Positions 1 through 9,821 of a stretch of DNA of 32,000 bases are shown here, piece by piece (position 1 is the stretch's first letter; each line of letters opens with the position of its first letter). The DNA is from Thermodesulfobacteriota bacterium. GTDB lineage: Bacteria; Desulfobacterota; WTBG01; JAGOGO01. Where the stretch lies: contig CP113000.1 in NCBI GenBank assembly GCA_026625185.1, positions 2,385,622 to 2,417,621 on the forward strand, given 5' to 3'. Below the pieces are notes generated by a model. The model was not told where the DNA came from, made no database searches, and saw only the letters and a list, made by a program, of their open reading frames with translations. The position numbers and the translations under genes are program-made.

Positions 1-904
1 GGTATCTTCCGGAAGCATTCGTCCAGGGGTCAGAACTTAGCTGTTTTAGGCCAAGCGAGACCCGGCCTTTTTCTTTGTCCATGCCGATAACTTTTACCTT
101 GATTCGGTCTCCCAAAGAAAACATCTCCGAAGGGTGGTTGACTCGTCCCCAGGACATATCCGTAATATGTAAAAGTCCGTCAACACCTCCCAGGTCAATA
201 AACACTCCATAATCAGTAATATTCTTTACTGTACCTTCAATAACACTGCCTTCTTCCAAGGTCTTGAGGGTTTCGCCTCTTAAAGTTTCCCGTTCTTTTT
301 CCAAAATAGATCGGCGAGAAATAACAATGTTACCCCGCTTCTTATTGAACTTTAAAATTTTGAATTTAAAAGTCTGGCCGATCAATCTGTCCATGTCTTT
401 GATTGGGTGGAGGTCAATTTGTGAGCCGGGAAGGAAAGCCCTGACCCCGATTTCCACGGAAAGACCTCCTTTGATCCGGGAAATCACTCTCCCTTCAATT
501 GTCTCGTCATTTTCATAGACCTTGCCGATTTTGTCCCAGACCTTCGCTTGATCCGCCTTGGTTTTGGAAAGAACGATCAGTCCATCTTCGTCTTCTCTTC
601 TTTCCAAGAGCACATCAACTTTATCGTTTACCTGTATCGAGATCCCCCCGCTTTCATCCTGGAATTCTCGGATGGGGATTTGTCCTTCAGATTTATATCC
701 CACATCTATCAAAACGTATTCGGCACTGATTCTGACGACCGTTCCTTCAACGACCTCTCCTTCTTGGATGTCTTTCAAGGTATTTCCATAAAGTTGATCC
801 ATCATTTCATAAGAATCATCCGGATCTCCTTCCTGCTCATCAGCGGCTGCAATGACCGGCTGAGTCTGTATTTTTTTCTCAATTATTGTTTCACTTTTAT
901 CCAT
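1..904 (-). CDS. rpsA: 30S ribosomal protein S1, N-terminal ~301 codons (3' end lies beyond the left edge)
   Basis: Absent from the ORF track because no stop lies in the window. The minus-strand frame from ATG 904-902 (GGGGGT Shine-Dalgarno ~8 nt upstream) stays open to position 2. My translation is MDKSETIIEKK..LKDIQEGEVVEGTVVRISAEYVLIDVGYKSEGQIP..GRVISRIKGGLSVEIGVRAFLPGSQ..GSVIEGTVKNITDYGVFIDLGGVDGLLHITDMSWGRVNHPSE. This shows consecutive S1 OB-fold repeats. cmk-rpsA synteny supports the call. Confidence 0.9.
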   Translation of the reverse strand, partial: MDKSETIIEKKIQTQPVIAAADEQEGDPDDSYEMMDQLYGNTLKDIQEGEVVEGTVVRISAEYVLIDVGYKSEGQIPIREFQDESGGISIQVNDKVDVLLERREDEDGLIVLSKTKADQAKVWDKIGKVYENDETIEGRVISRIKGGLSVEIGVRAFLPGSQIDLHPIKDMDRLIGQTFKFKILKFNKKRGNIVISRRSILEKERETLRGETLKTLEEGSVIEGTVKNITDYGVFIDLGGVDGLLHITDMSWGRVNHPSEMFSLGDRIKVKVIGMDKEKGRVSLGLKQLSSDPWTNASGRY

Positions 905-1593
905 TCAATTTTACCCCCTAATTTTTTTTTTGCTTGGATGACTTCCATCATCCGGGCAATAACCGCTTCAACAGTCATTGCCGAAGAATTTATTATAACA
1001 GCATCAGGCGCCGGCTTTAAAGGACCATGGCTTCTTGTACTGTCATTATGGTCTCGTGTTATGATATCCTGCGTTACTTGCTCCAGGCTTATTGATAAGC
1101 CCTTAAGCGTTAATTCATTAAATCTTCTTCTCCCCCTTTCTTCGGTCGTTGCGTCTAAAAAAAACTTAACCTCCGCGTCAGGGAAGACTACTGTCCCCGC
1201 ATCTCTTCCTTCTAAAACCAGTTTCCCTTTTTCTCCTATCTTTCTTTGGAGAGCCGTGATCTGGTTTCGAACGGCCTTTCTGGCTGATATTCGCGAGGCA
1301 AGCATACTTATATCGGGAAAGCGGATACGCTCCGAGACATCGCGACCATGGTTCAGGATCGTTATCTTTCCATTGGTAGTGCGAAAGGTAACCTCTAAGT
1401 TTTTACAGAGGTCTACCAATGCGTCTTCATTTTCTTCCGCGATTTTTTTTTGCATTGTTTCAAGGGCGACAATACGATATAACGCACCGGAGTCAACATA
1501 CGTATATCCCAAAAGATTTGCGAGGCCAATGCTTACCGTGCTTTTCCCAGCACCCGAGGGGCCATCTATGGTAATGATCGATACCATGAGCAC
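883..1593 (-). CDS. cmk: cytidylate kinase
   Basis: 236-aa ORF with P-loop ITIDGPSGAGKSTV, YVDSGALYR and LEGRDAGTVVFPDA motifs. It sits between aroA and rpsA. Its last 22 nt overlap the rpsA start. Confidence 0.95.
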   Translation of the reverse strand: MLMVSIITIDGPSGAGKSTVSIGLANLLGYTYVDSGALYRIVALETMQKKIAEENEDALVDLCKNLEVTFRTTNGKITILNHGRDVSERIRFPDISMLASRISARKAVRNQITALQRKIGEKGKLVLEGRDAGTVVFPDAEVKFFLDATTEERGRRRFNELTLKGLSISLEQVTQDIITRDHNDSTRSHGPLKPAPDAVIINSSAMTVEAVIARMMEVIQAKKKLGGKIEWIKVKQ

Positions 1594-1596
1594 ATT

Positions 1597-2892
1597 TTAC
1601 TGAGATAATGAATCCAATAATTCCATGAAATTGGGAAACGAGGTGGCAATCAATGCCGTATCCTCAACCGTCGTTTCCCCGGATGCGGTTAATCCGGCAA
1701 TAATAAATGCCATGGCCACTCGGTGGTCTCCATAACTTGAAACTCGGGTGCCTTTAAGTTTTTGAGGACCAGTGATTGCCATACCGTCTTCGAATTCTTG
1801 CACCTGAACCCCAAATCGTCTTAACCCCTCAGCCATAGCCTTAATACGGTCTGTTTCTTTTACCCGAAGTTCTTTGGCATCGCGAATAATCGTTGTTCCT
1901 TCAGCTTGAGAAGCTGCAATTGCCAGAATCGGAAGCTCGTCAATGGTTCTGGGGATAAGCTCACCGCTTACTTCCACGCCTTTTAACAAAGAAGATTTTA
2001 CGATTATATCCGCTCGTTCTTCTCCGCCCTCTTCTTTTATCTCTTCGAGTCTTATATCCGCCCCCATGTTTTTGAGGACGTCTAAGATACCCGTTCGCAA
2101 AGGATTAATGCCAACATCGCGAATAATTACCTCAGAATCAGGAATGATTGCTCCCCCGACAACGAAAAAAGCTGCGGCTGAAATATCTCCGGGAACAAAC
2201 AGAGAAAATGCTTCTAACTCCGAGAAACCTTGTACCCGAACCATGGTGTTTTTGGTCTCAACATGAGCGCCAAGCGCTTTTAACATCCGTTCGGTGTGGT
2301 CTCGGGAGAGAACGGGTTCAATCACTTCCGTTATACCATCAGCATAAAGGCCGGCGAGAAGAATAGCCGACTTTATCTGCGCACTCGCCACCGGGGTGTG
2401 GTAGGTAATCGATCTTAAGTTTTCTCCGCGGATTGCTAAGGGTGCGCAATCACCACCCTCACGGCCATCTATTTTTGCTCCCATCGCCCGCAAAGGCTCA
2501 GTTACTCGTTTCATGGGCCTTTTACGCAGAGAGGCATCACCCGTAATAACCGAAAAAAAATTTTGTCCCCCAAGAAGGCCGGTTAACAACCGGGTAGTTG
2601 TCCCCGAATTACCGGCATTAATGATATCAGGAGGTTCTTGAAGGCCTTTTAATCCTTTTCCCCAAATAGTAAACTCAGTCCCGCTCCCTTCTATCTTTAT
2701 CCCCAGTGACTGGAATGCTTTCAGCGTGTTGAGGGTATCGTCCCCCGGACAAAAATTAGTTACCTTGCTTTTCCCTCGTGCAAGAGAACCAAAAATGATC
2801 GCTCGATGCGAGATCGATTTATCACCGGGAGGATAGATTACTCCCCTTAACCGTTTATTTTTATTAATTATAATAGATTCTACTGATTTCAA
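1597..2892 (-). CDS. aroA: 3-phosphoshikimate 1-carboxyvinyltransferase (EPSP synthase)
   Basis: 431-aa ORF with EPSP synthase hallmarks: PGDKSISHRA, NAGNSGTTTRLL, LRKRPM, VKETDRI, DHRVAMAF. Confidence 0.95.
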   Translation of the reverse strand: MKSVESIIINKNKRLRGVIYPPGDKSISHRAIIFGSLARGKSKVTNFCPGDDTLNTLKAFQSLGIKIEGSGTEFTIWGKGLKGLQEPPDIINAGNSGTTTRLLTGLLGGQNFFSVITGDASLRKRPMKRVTEPLRAMGAKIDGREGGDCAPLAIRGENLRSITYHTPVASAQIKSAILLAGLYADGITEVIEPVLSRDHTERMLKALGAHVETKNTMVRVQGFSELEAFSLFVPGDISAAAFFVVGGAIIPDSEVIIRDVGINPLRTGILDVLKNMGADIRLEEIKEEGGEERADIIVKSSLLKGVEVSGELIPRTIDELPILAIAASQAEGTTIIRDAKELRVKETDRIKAMAEGLRRFGVQVQEFEDGMAITGPQKLKGTRVSSYGDHRVAMAFIIAGLTASGETTVEDTALIATSFPNFMELLDSLSQ

Positions 2893-2965
2893 AATTAATC
2901 TTCTAAAAATAGTATAGCTTTAGTGAAAAAGTCAAATGTTTTATTTTTAAAAAGGCCCTTTTCTT

Positions 2966-3841
2966 TTAACTAATTAACCCTCTTCGAATCCGTCGGGATT
3001 CTTCAAATTTTCTGACCAGTTCGTCGCCATCCCCGCGATTGATTAATTCTTTTAACTCTTCTAAGGTCTTCTGAAAACCTTCCATTAAGTTTACCAGGTT
3101 CCCTTTATTCATCAAGGCAATATCTTTCCACATGATGGGATGGCTGGCGGCAATTCGGGTAAAGTCTTTTAAACCCCCACCGGAAAATTTAAAAATACTT
3201 TCTTTCTCATGATTTATTTCATGAAGATAATTTACCAGGGCAAAAGCGATCATATGGGGTAAGTGGCTAACTGCTCCTAAGATTTGGTCATGGGGCTGGC
3301 TATCCATGAAAAAAACTTCTGAACCAACTGATATCCAAAGATTTTTTATTTTTTCTAAAGCTGAAGGGTCAGTCTTTTTCGAAGGAGTGAGAATGCATTT
3401 CCTTTTCAGAAAAAGATCTGAAAACGCTGCCTCAACCCCTGAATTTTCCGTTCCCGCTATGGGATGAGAGCCAACAAAAAAGACTCCGGGCAAGGAGAGT
3501 TTATCTGTTTCGATCATGATTTCATTTTTAACACTCCCAACATCAGTAATGATGGCCCCTTTTTTGAGGGCGGGTAGTGATTTTTTAATGATGGGAATAA
3601 TATCACTTACCGGGGTGGCGATTACCACTAATTCTGCGTCTTTTACTCCTTCTTCAAGATTAAGGGTAAACTCATCCACAACGTTGAGGTTTTTTGCTTT
3701 TCTGAGGTTTTCTGGGGTTCTGCCGATTCCCACGATGTGATTGAAGATGCCTTTTTGTCGCGCGGAAAGCGCAAGGGAACCGCCGATCAGTCCTACCCCA
3801 ACTATTGCCACGCGGTTAAACTTTACCATTCGTAAACTCAT
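2966..3841 (-). CDS. tyrA: prephenate (or arogenate) dehydrogenase
   Basis: 291-aa ORF with an N-terminal Rossmann motif VAIVGVGLIGGSLA, then GSHPIAG and a prephenate-dehydrogenase-like C-terminal half. Its ATG overlaps the hisC stop (ATGA). Confidence 0.9.
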   Translation of the reverse strand: MSLRMVKFNRVAIVGVGLIGGSLALSARQKGIFNHIVGIGRTPENLRKAKNLNVVDEFTLNLEEGVKDAELVVIATPVSDIIPIIKKSLPALKKGAIITDVGSVKNEIMIETDKLSLPGVFFVGSHPIAGTENSGVEAAFSDLFLKRKCILTPSKKTDPSALEKIKNLWISVGSEVFFMDSQPHDQILGAVSHLPHMIAFALVNYLHEINHEKESIFKFSGGGLKDFTRIAASHPIMWKDIALMNKGNLVNLMEGFQKTLEELKELINRGDGDELVRKFEESRRIRRGLIS

Positions 3842-4962
3842 TGATTATTAAGAAGCGCTTTTTTTAAGGTATCGATGAATCGCGCATTTTCTTCCGGGGT
3901 ACCTATACTGAGGCGAATATATTCGGGAAAACCAAAGGACGTTAATGGCCGCACAATAACCCCCATCCGTAACAAGAAATCATACACGCGGGGGCATTGT
4001 TTCCCCAGGTGGATCATGATAAAGTTGCTCTGACTGGGTATATAGTTTACCCCGAGTTGGTCTAATTGCCGGTACAGGTATTTTTTTCCGTCAGAGATGA
4101 TACCAATGGTTTTCTCAATGTGATCGTTATCGTCTAAGGCTGCTATTGCCGCAACCTGGGCAAGAGAATTTACATTAAATGGTTGGCGCACTTTATTCAA
4201 ATATTGTGTTAATTCCTGCGGAGCTAATCCGTATCCGATGCGTAACCCCGCAAGTCCATAAACCTTAGAGAACGTTCTCAGAGTAATAATCCAATGCTGA
4301 GCGTCCAAATAATTTTTGCCTTGGGGAAAATCAGGCTCCTCGGCAAACTCACCGTAGGCTTCGTCTAAAACAATGATTATAGTAGCGGGAATATTTTTGA
4401 GGAATTCTTCAAACTCCTTCTTTTTTACTATGGTGCCGGTTGGATTGTTGGGGTTATTTATAAAAATTATTTTTGTTCTTGGACTGATTTTTTCCAAAAC
4501 CGCTCGCAAATCAATACCGAAATTTTTTAAAGGCACCCTTATCGGGGCACCATCCATCGCTTGGGTGAATTTGGCATAAAGAGAAAATGTGGGTTCAGGG
4601 ATGATTACCTCATGTCCCGGTCGTAAGAAAACTTTGCTCACCAGTTCCAGGATCTCGTTTGACCCGTTTGAAGGGATAATACAGTCCTGAGGGATCCTTA
4701 GTTTTATTGATAACTGCTTCTTGAGCAAAAGGCTGTTTGCATCCGGATAACGATGGAGAGTGCTAAAACACTTTTTCATGGCTTCGATAGCTTTGGGGGA
4801 AGGGCCCAAGGGATTTTCATTGGAAGCCATTTTAATTGCTCCTCTGATACCATACTCTTTTTCTAATTCTTCGATAGGCTTTCCGGGAATATAAGGAGTA
4901 ATCTGTTTTACTCCTTCACTTACTAAGCGGTCAGCAGAAATCATAAGACACTCTCTTTCCAA
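3838..4962 (-). CDS. hisC: histidinol-phosphate/aromatic aminotransferase (class II)
   Basis: 374-aa ORF with motifs ASNENPLGPSP, NNPNNPTG and LRTFSKVYGLAGLRIGY (PLP-lysine context). It is embedded in the aromatic amino-acid cluster. Confidence 0.85.
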   Translation of the reverse strand: MERECLMISADRLVSEGVKQITPYIPGKPIEELEKEYGIRGAIKMASNENPLGPSPKAIEAMKKCFSTLHRYPDANSLLLKKQLSIKLRIPQDCIIPSNGSNEILELVSKVFLRPGHEVIIPEPTFSLYAKFTQAMDGAPIRVPLKNFGIDLRAVLEKISPRTKIIFINNPNNPTGTIVKKKEFEEFLKNIPATIIIVLDEAYGEFAEEPDFPQGKNYLDAQHWIITLRTFSKVYGLAGLRIGYGLAPQELTQYLNKVRQPFNVNSLAQVAAIAALDDNDHIEKTIGIISDGKKYLYRQLDQLGVNYIPSQSNFIMIHLGKQCPRVYDFLLRMGVIVRPLTSFGFPEYIRLSIGTPEENARFIDTLKKALLNNQ

Positions 4963-5030
4963 TCCTGTTACATCTGACGGTAACTACAAAAAAGACCAAA
5001 GTAATTCACTCTGGTCCAGGGTAACGTCTT

Positions 5031-5131
5031 TACCCCGTTAGAAATGCCCGCTTGCCCGGTTAGGTTTCAAATATCTAACCAGGTGAAGAAGCACGGTTAA
5101 ATGCCCCGTGTGAAATCCATCTAACGGGGTT
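5031..5131. repeat. MITE/REP-like structured intergenic repeat, short copy
   Basis: Starts TACCCCGTTAG and ends CTAACGGGGTT, which form terminal inverted repeats. It shares CCCGCTTGCCCGGTTAG, TCAAATAT and TAAATGCCCCGNGTGAAA blocks with the 130-bp copy at 19285-19414. It lies between the pheA stop and the hisC start. Confidence 0.6.
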
Positions 5132-5147
5132 AAAAAAAAACGATACA

Positions 5148-6233
5148 TTATCTGCTCCGGGGGTAGGAGCCTAAAACCTTTAAAAAATTTACCATCTTTT
5201 CTATTTCATTAAGAGCTTTTTTTAACTTCGGGTCAGTAACATGGCCCTCTAAATCAACAAAGAAAAAATATTCCCACGGGCTGTCTTTTAAAGGGCGAGA
5301 TTCGATTTTAGTCATGCTAATCCCATAATGAGCGAAAGGATAAATTATTTTATGTAATGACCCTGCCTTGTGTTTGATACAGAACATGATGGAGGTTTTA
5401 TCTTGACCGCTTTTTTCCGGGCTTTGGTGGCTAATCACCCAGAACCGCGTGAAGTTTTTTGGATAATCCTCAATTTTGTTTTTAAGAATTTTTAGATCAT
5501 AGATTTTTGCGGCAAGCTTGCCGGCAACCGCTCCCACTGAGGAATCTTCTTTGGCTTTTTTGGCGGCCTGGGCGGTGCTTGAGGCTTCTTTGACCGGAAT
5601 ATCCGGAAGGTGATGGGCCAGCCAACGACTACACTGGGCTAACGCCTGAGGATGGGAATAGATCGTTTTGATATCTTCGATCCTGTTACGGGAACTTAAG
5701 AGATAAAGGGAGACCTCTAAGGAAATTTCCGCACAAATTTTTAACGGGGTCACAATAAACATATCCAGAGTTCGGAATATGGAACCTTCCGTGGAGTTTT
5801 CTATGGGCACCACTCCATAGTCACACTGTTTCTTTTCCACCTCTCTAAAAACTCCTTCGATTGTCGGTAAGGGGATGAACCGGGGCGAGTGCCCAAATTG
5901 CTGTAATGCAGCTTGATGGGAGAAGGTAGCCTCTGACCCCAAGTAGGCAATTTTTAGCGATTTTTCTAAAGAGAGGCACGCGGAAATTATTTCTCCAAAA
6001 ATAATTCTTACATTTTCGTTGCTCAGCGGGCCGTGATTCAGCTTCTCCAGTCTTTGGTGAATAATTTTTTCCCGGTTGGCGGAGTACGGCTCAATCTTAT
6101 ATTTTTTTTTGAACATTCCGATCTCTTTTGCGAAACGCGCCCGCGCGGAGATGAGATTGAGTATTTGTTCATCAGTCTGGTTAATTTTTTTTCTGAGATC
6201 TTTTAAATGTTTATCAAAGTCCATGGATATCAT
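5148..6233 (-). CDS. pheA: bifunctional chorismate mutase / prephenate dehydratase (P-protein)
   Basis: 361-aa ORF. It has an N-terminal chorismate-mutase helical region (LRKKINQTDEQILNLISARARFAKEIG), a PDT core (IAYLGSEATFSHQAA) and a C-terminal ACT domain (TSIMF..KAGSLHKII..MTKIESRP). Confidence 0.92.
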   Translation of the reverse strand: MISMDFDKHLKDLRKKINQTDEQILNLISARARFAKEIGMFKKKYKIEPYSANREKIIHQRLEKLNHGPLSNENVRIIFGEIISACLSLEKSLKIAYLGSEATFSHQAALQQFGHSPRFIPLPTIEGVFREVEKKQCDYGVVPIENSTEGSIFRTLDMFIVTPLKICAEISLEVSLYLLSSRNRIEDIKTIYSHPQALAQCSRWLAHHLPDIPVKEASSTAQAAKKAKEDSSVGAVAGKLAAKIYDLKILKNKIEDYPKNFTRFWVISHQSPEKSGQDKTSIMFCIKHKAGSLHKIIYPFAHYGISMTKIESRPLKDSPWEYFFFVDLEGHVTDPKLKKALNEIEKMVNFLKVLGSYPRSR

Positions 6234-6379
6234 TTGAGTTTTTAAGTTTCTATAAGGAAAAATTTTAAAAATAGTACCACAATTTCATTAAAAAGCAATG
6301 GTTTCCTTAAAGCTTTACAAGCGGTTGGAAAAATAATAAAATCTATCTAAAAAATGTTTTTTGTTTTACAAACATTACC

Positions 6380-8947
6380 ATGTCTTTTCTAAAAATAACG
6401 CCAACCCTCCGAGATAAGTTCATTTTGGCCTTTTTAATGGTGGTCGGTTTTACCGGTATCTCCGCCGGTTTAGCAGGCAATTATCTCATTAATAAATTGG
6501 TGAATGAGGAGACCAAAGAGCGGGTGAGTGCTGATTTAAATGCTGCCCGGGGAATTTATGAGCAAGAGCTGGCAAACACTAGAACGAAAATCCAGATAAC
6601 TGCGGAGAGATTTTTTTTAAGAAAAAATTTAGCGGAAGGTGGTTTGCTTTCGATCAAAACTGAACTGAAACAGATACTTAAAAATGAGGGATTGGATATC
6701 CTTTTTCTTACTGATCCTGATGGAAAAATTATCTACCGTGCGCATAACCCTGAGGAAAAAGGAGATGATTTTTCTTCCCACCCGCTGGTTCATCTACCAC
6801 TCAACAAAAAGATCGTCCAGACCGCCTTTGTAATTCCATGGAATGAAATTAATAAGGAAGGAAAAGAGGTTACCAGAAAGTCAGCGATTCCTTTTACCCC
6901 AATGTTCGAGGTAGAGCGTCATTTAAAACAAAAAGAAAACTTTGCGTTAGTATTTGGCGCCGGAGTTCCCGTTTTAAATAAGGAAGGTAATCTGCTTGGG
7001 GTTCTTGCGGGTGGGGTTATTCTAAATCGCAACTATGGTTTGGTAGATAAAATTAAAAATCTTGTTTTTAAAAATGTGGCTCGTAAAACCAAGGAGGTTG
7101 AAGTTGTTACAATTTCTTTGGGCAATATCCGCATTGCCACAACGTATTTAGATAACCAAGGCAACCGCGCCGTGGGGACTCGACTAACTCCCGAAGTGTC
7201 TCAAAAGGTACTTGTCGAGGGAAAAGATTTTCTTGAACGGGCGTTAGTAGTTGATTACTGGTATATCACGGCATACGAGCCGATCAAGGATGTTTCCGGA
7301 AAACCGATCGGCGCCTTAGGGGTGGGAATTTTTGAGGAAAAATACTATTACGTGCGTAATGAAGTGATAATGTTTTTTTTAAGCTTAATTACTATGGCGA
7401 TGATTCTTGCCTTCACGCTTTCTTATATTTTAGCGCGTAGCATCACCCGGCCGGTTAAGATTCTTGCCCGCGAAGCAGGAAAGATCGGACGCGGAGAATT
7501 TGTTCACATTACGCCACCTTCGCGTGATGAAATCGGGCGTTTTGCCGATACATTTAATCAGATGTCTCAGTCTTTGAAGGAGAGGGAGAAGAAGCTTACC
7601 TCTCAGACTGATGAACTTCTCCGCATCAAAGAAGACCTGGAAAAAACTAATCTGGTTTTATCTGATCAGAGCAGGGAATTAAAACGGAGCGTCAAGGAAC
7701 TCTCGGTCCTTTTCGAAGCCAGTAAGAAGATCAGCTCGTCTTTGAGCCTCTCGGAAATTATGGAGGCGGTTTTGGATTTACTGATGCGAGAGTTTAAGAC
7801 CGATATCTGGGCGATTCGGCTTTTGGATGATGATGGGTATCTGCGGATCAAAAGCCATCGGGGGTTGAGCGCTGGATTCGTAAAAACTGCCGCGCGGAAA
7901 CCGACCAAGGATAGTTATTCCGGGGAATGTTTTCTTACCAACAAGGTTATTATAGTAAAAGACGCGGAAAAAGTCGATAAACCTATTTCTACGAATCTGG
8001 CGGTTAAAGAAGGCATAAAATCTTTTGGTTTGGTGCCGATTGCGGTTGGTGATGAAGTATTGGGGGTATTGACGTGCTCCTCAAAGGAAAAGAAAGGTTT
8101 TTTTACTGAAGATTATTCGGAATTCATGAAAACCGTCGGACAGCAGTTGGCAATCGCCATTCGAAATGTGCGGCAGTTTGAGAGGATTAAAAATTTCAGT
8201 CAGGAACTGGAAAAAGAAGTAAAAAAACGAACGGAAGAATTACAAGAAAAAAGTGCGCGTTTGGCGGAATCCGAAAAGTTGGCCGCTTTGGGCGAAATGG
8301 CTGACCGCGTTGCCCATGAGACCAGAAACCCCATTGTCACCATCGGAGGATTTGCCCGCCGGCTCCGGCGCGCGTTGCCTCCGGATAATCCTTTAAGCAA
8401 CTATGTTGATATCATCATCAAAGAGACCGAGCGGCTTGAACTGATGATTTTCTGGATCACGGAATTAAAAAAATATATTTCGGTTGATTTGGAACCCAGC
8501 AATATTAATATGATCATTGAGCGGGCTTTGGAAAGGGTGAAAGATAGGATTGAAGGAACAAATATTACGGTCGACAGAGACCTTATGCCGGATCCTCCTT
8601 TGGTGAGAGTGGATAGGAGTAATATAGAGATTGTTTTTTCCAATCTTTTTGAGAATGGGATTGAAGCAATGGGAAAAGACGGAGTTTTGTATATAAACAC
8701 CAAACAAAAAAATGGGAATCTCCTGGAGGTGATTATCTCCGATACCGGCAAAGGGATATCCGAAGACGACATAAAGAGCATCTATAATCCATTTTTCAGT
8801 TCAAAGGGTTCCGGCGCGGGAATGGGGCTTACTATTGCTCACAAAATTATTAAAGACCATCAGGGCTCAATCAAGGTCAAGAGTAAGCTGGGGGAAGGAA
8901 CGACGTTTGCGGTTGAGCTTCCTCTGTTAAAATCAGCGAGCGTGTAG
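6380..8947 (+). CDS. membrane sensor histidine kinase (periplasmic sensor domain, HAMP, GAF, HisKA, HATPase_c)
   Basis: 855-aa ORF. Two hydrophobic segments flank a ~290-aa extracytoplasmic region. It carries HAMP (RPVKILAREAGKIGRGEF), a coiled coil, a GAF region, an H-box VAHETRNPI and ATPase motifs DTGKGI..GAGMGLTIA..GEGTTF. Confidence 0.9.
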   Translation: MSFLKITPTLRDKFILAFLMVVGFTGISAGLAGNYLINKLVNEETKERVSADLNAARGIYEQELANTRTKIQITAERFFLRKNLAEGGLLSIKTELKQILKNEGLDILFLTDPDGKIIYRAHNPEEKGDDFSSHPLVHLPLNKKIVQTAFVIPWNEINKEGKEVTRKSAIPFTPMFEVERHLKQKENFALVFGAGVPVLNKEGNLLGVLAGGVILNRNYGLVDKIKNLVFKNVARKTKEVEVVTISLGNIRIATTYLDNQGNRAVGTRLTPEVSQKVLVEGKDFLERALVVDYWYITAYEPIKDVSGKPIGALGVGIFEEKYYYVRNEVIMFFLSLITMAMILAFTLSYILARSITRPVKILAREAGKIGRGEFVHITPPSRDEIGRFADTFNQMSQSLKEREKKLTSQTDELLRIKEDLEKTNLVLSDQSRELKRSVKELSVLFEASKKISSSLSLSEIMEAVLDLLMREFKTDIWAIRLLDDDGYLRIKSHRGLSAGFVKTAARKPTKDSYSGECFLTNKVIIVKDAEKVDKPISTNLAVKEGIKSFGLVPIAVGDEVLGVLTCSSKEKKGFFTEDYSEFMKTVGQQLAIAIRNVRQFERIKNFSQELEKEVKKRTEELQEKSARLAESEKLAALGEMADRVAHETRNPIVTIGGFARRLRRALPPDNPLSNYVDIIIKETERLELMIFWITELKKYISVDLEPSNINMIIERALERVKDRIEGTNITVDRDLMPDPPLVRVDRSNIEIVFSNLFENGIEAMGKDGVLYINTKQKNGNLLEVIISDTGKGISEDDIKSIYNPFFSSKGSGAGMGLTIAHKIIKDHQGSIKVKSKLGEGTTFAVELPLLKSASV

Positions 8948-8963
8948 GAGATCGTGAGTATCT

Positions 8964-9788
8964 ATGAGAGAAAATAGCAAAGCCGCCTTGCATGAGGCGA
9001 CGGCCTTCCTGGAGAGAAAAATTCCTTTTACCCCTTCAACAGGCATCATCCTCGGCACCGGACTTTCATCTTTAGGGGAAACAATTGCTGTAAAGACCAG
9101 TATTCCTTATCAGGAGATTCCTTTTTTTCCGGTTTCCACGGTGGAATCTCACACCGGAAATTTGGTTTTTGGTTTGTGGAAAGAGCACGAGGTGGTGGTA
9201 TTAGAGGGGAGGGTGCATTACTATGAAGGATACACCCTTCAAGAGGTAACCTTTCCGATAAGAATAATGCGGGCGTTGGGAATTTCAACCCTTGTCATTA
9301 CCAATGCTGCCGGAGGGCTGGATCCGGGTTTTTCGGCCGGCGAGCTTATGGTGATTACCGACCATATCAATCTCATCGGCGACAACCCGCTTCGCGGTCC
9401 CAATGCTGAAAGTTTAGGAGATCGCTTTCCTTCGATGCATGAGTCGTATTGTCCGCAATTGATCCAGAAAACAGAAGATGCTGCTCGTGAACGGGGAATT
9501 GTTTTAAGGAAAGGGGTCTATGTGGCAGTACCGGGACCAAGCCTTGAGACTCCTGCGGAAACACGATTTCTTCGGATGATCGGCGCGGATGCAGTCGGTA
9601 TGTCCACGGTTCCGGAGGTGATTGTCGCGGTTCACGCAGGAATAAAAGTGTTAGGACTTTCCATTATCGCGAACGTGAACCGACCCGAAACTCTTGCCCC
9701 AGCCCCGCTTGAAGGAGTGATTGCCGTTGTTAAGAAAGCAAAGCCAAACCTTGTCAATTTGCTCGAAGGGTTTTTGGATCGCCTCTAA
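8964..9788 (+). CDS. punA: purine nucleoside phosphorylase (trimeric PNP family)
   Basis: 274-aa ORF with motifs GIILGTGL, ESHTGNLVFG, EGRVHYYEGY, TNAAGGL, GDRFPSM and GADAVGMSTVPEV. Confidence 0.88.
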   Translation: MRENSKAALHEATAFLERKIPFTPSTGIILGTGLSSLGETIAVKTSIPYQEIPFFPVSTVESHTGNLVFGLWKEHEVVVLEGRVHYYEGYTLQEVTFPIRIMRALGISTLVITNAAGGLDPGFSAGELMVITDHINLIGDNPLRGPNAESLGDRFPSMHESYCPQLIQKTEDAARERGIVLRKGVYVAVPGPSLETPAETRFLRMIGADAVGMSTVPEVIVAVHAGIKVLGLSIIANVNRPETLAPAPLEGVIAVVKKAKPNLVNLLEGFLDRL

Positions 9789-9821
9789 GTACTTGAAGGA
9801 TAAAGTTTTACGCCTTATGTT

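Noticed and set aside
548-1603. 351-aa plus-strand ORF, with neighbours 264-518, 499-729 and 558-791.
   Set aside because: These are antisense shadows of rpsA and cmk. The translations are low-complexity and Ser/Phe/Ile-rich with no recognisable motifs, while the opposite strand encodes textbook proteins.
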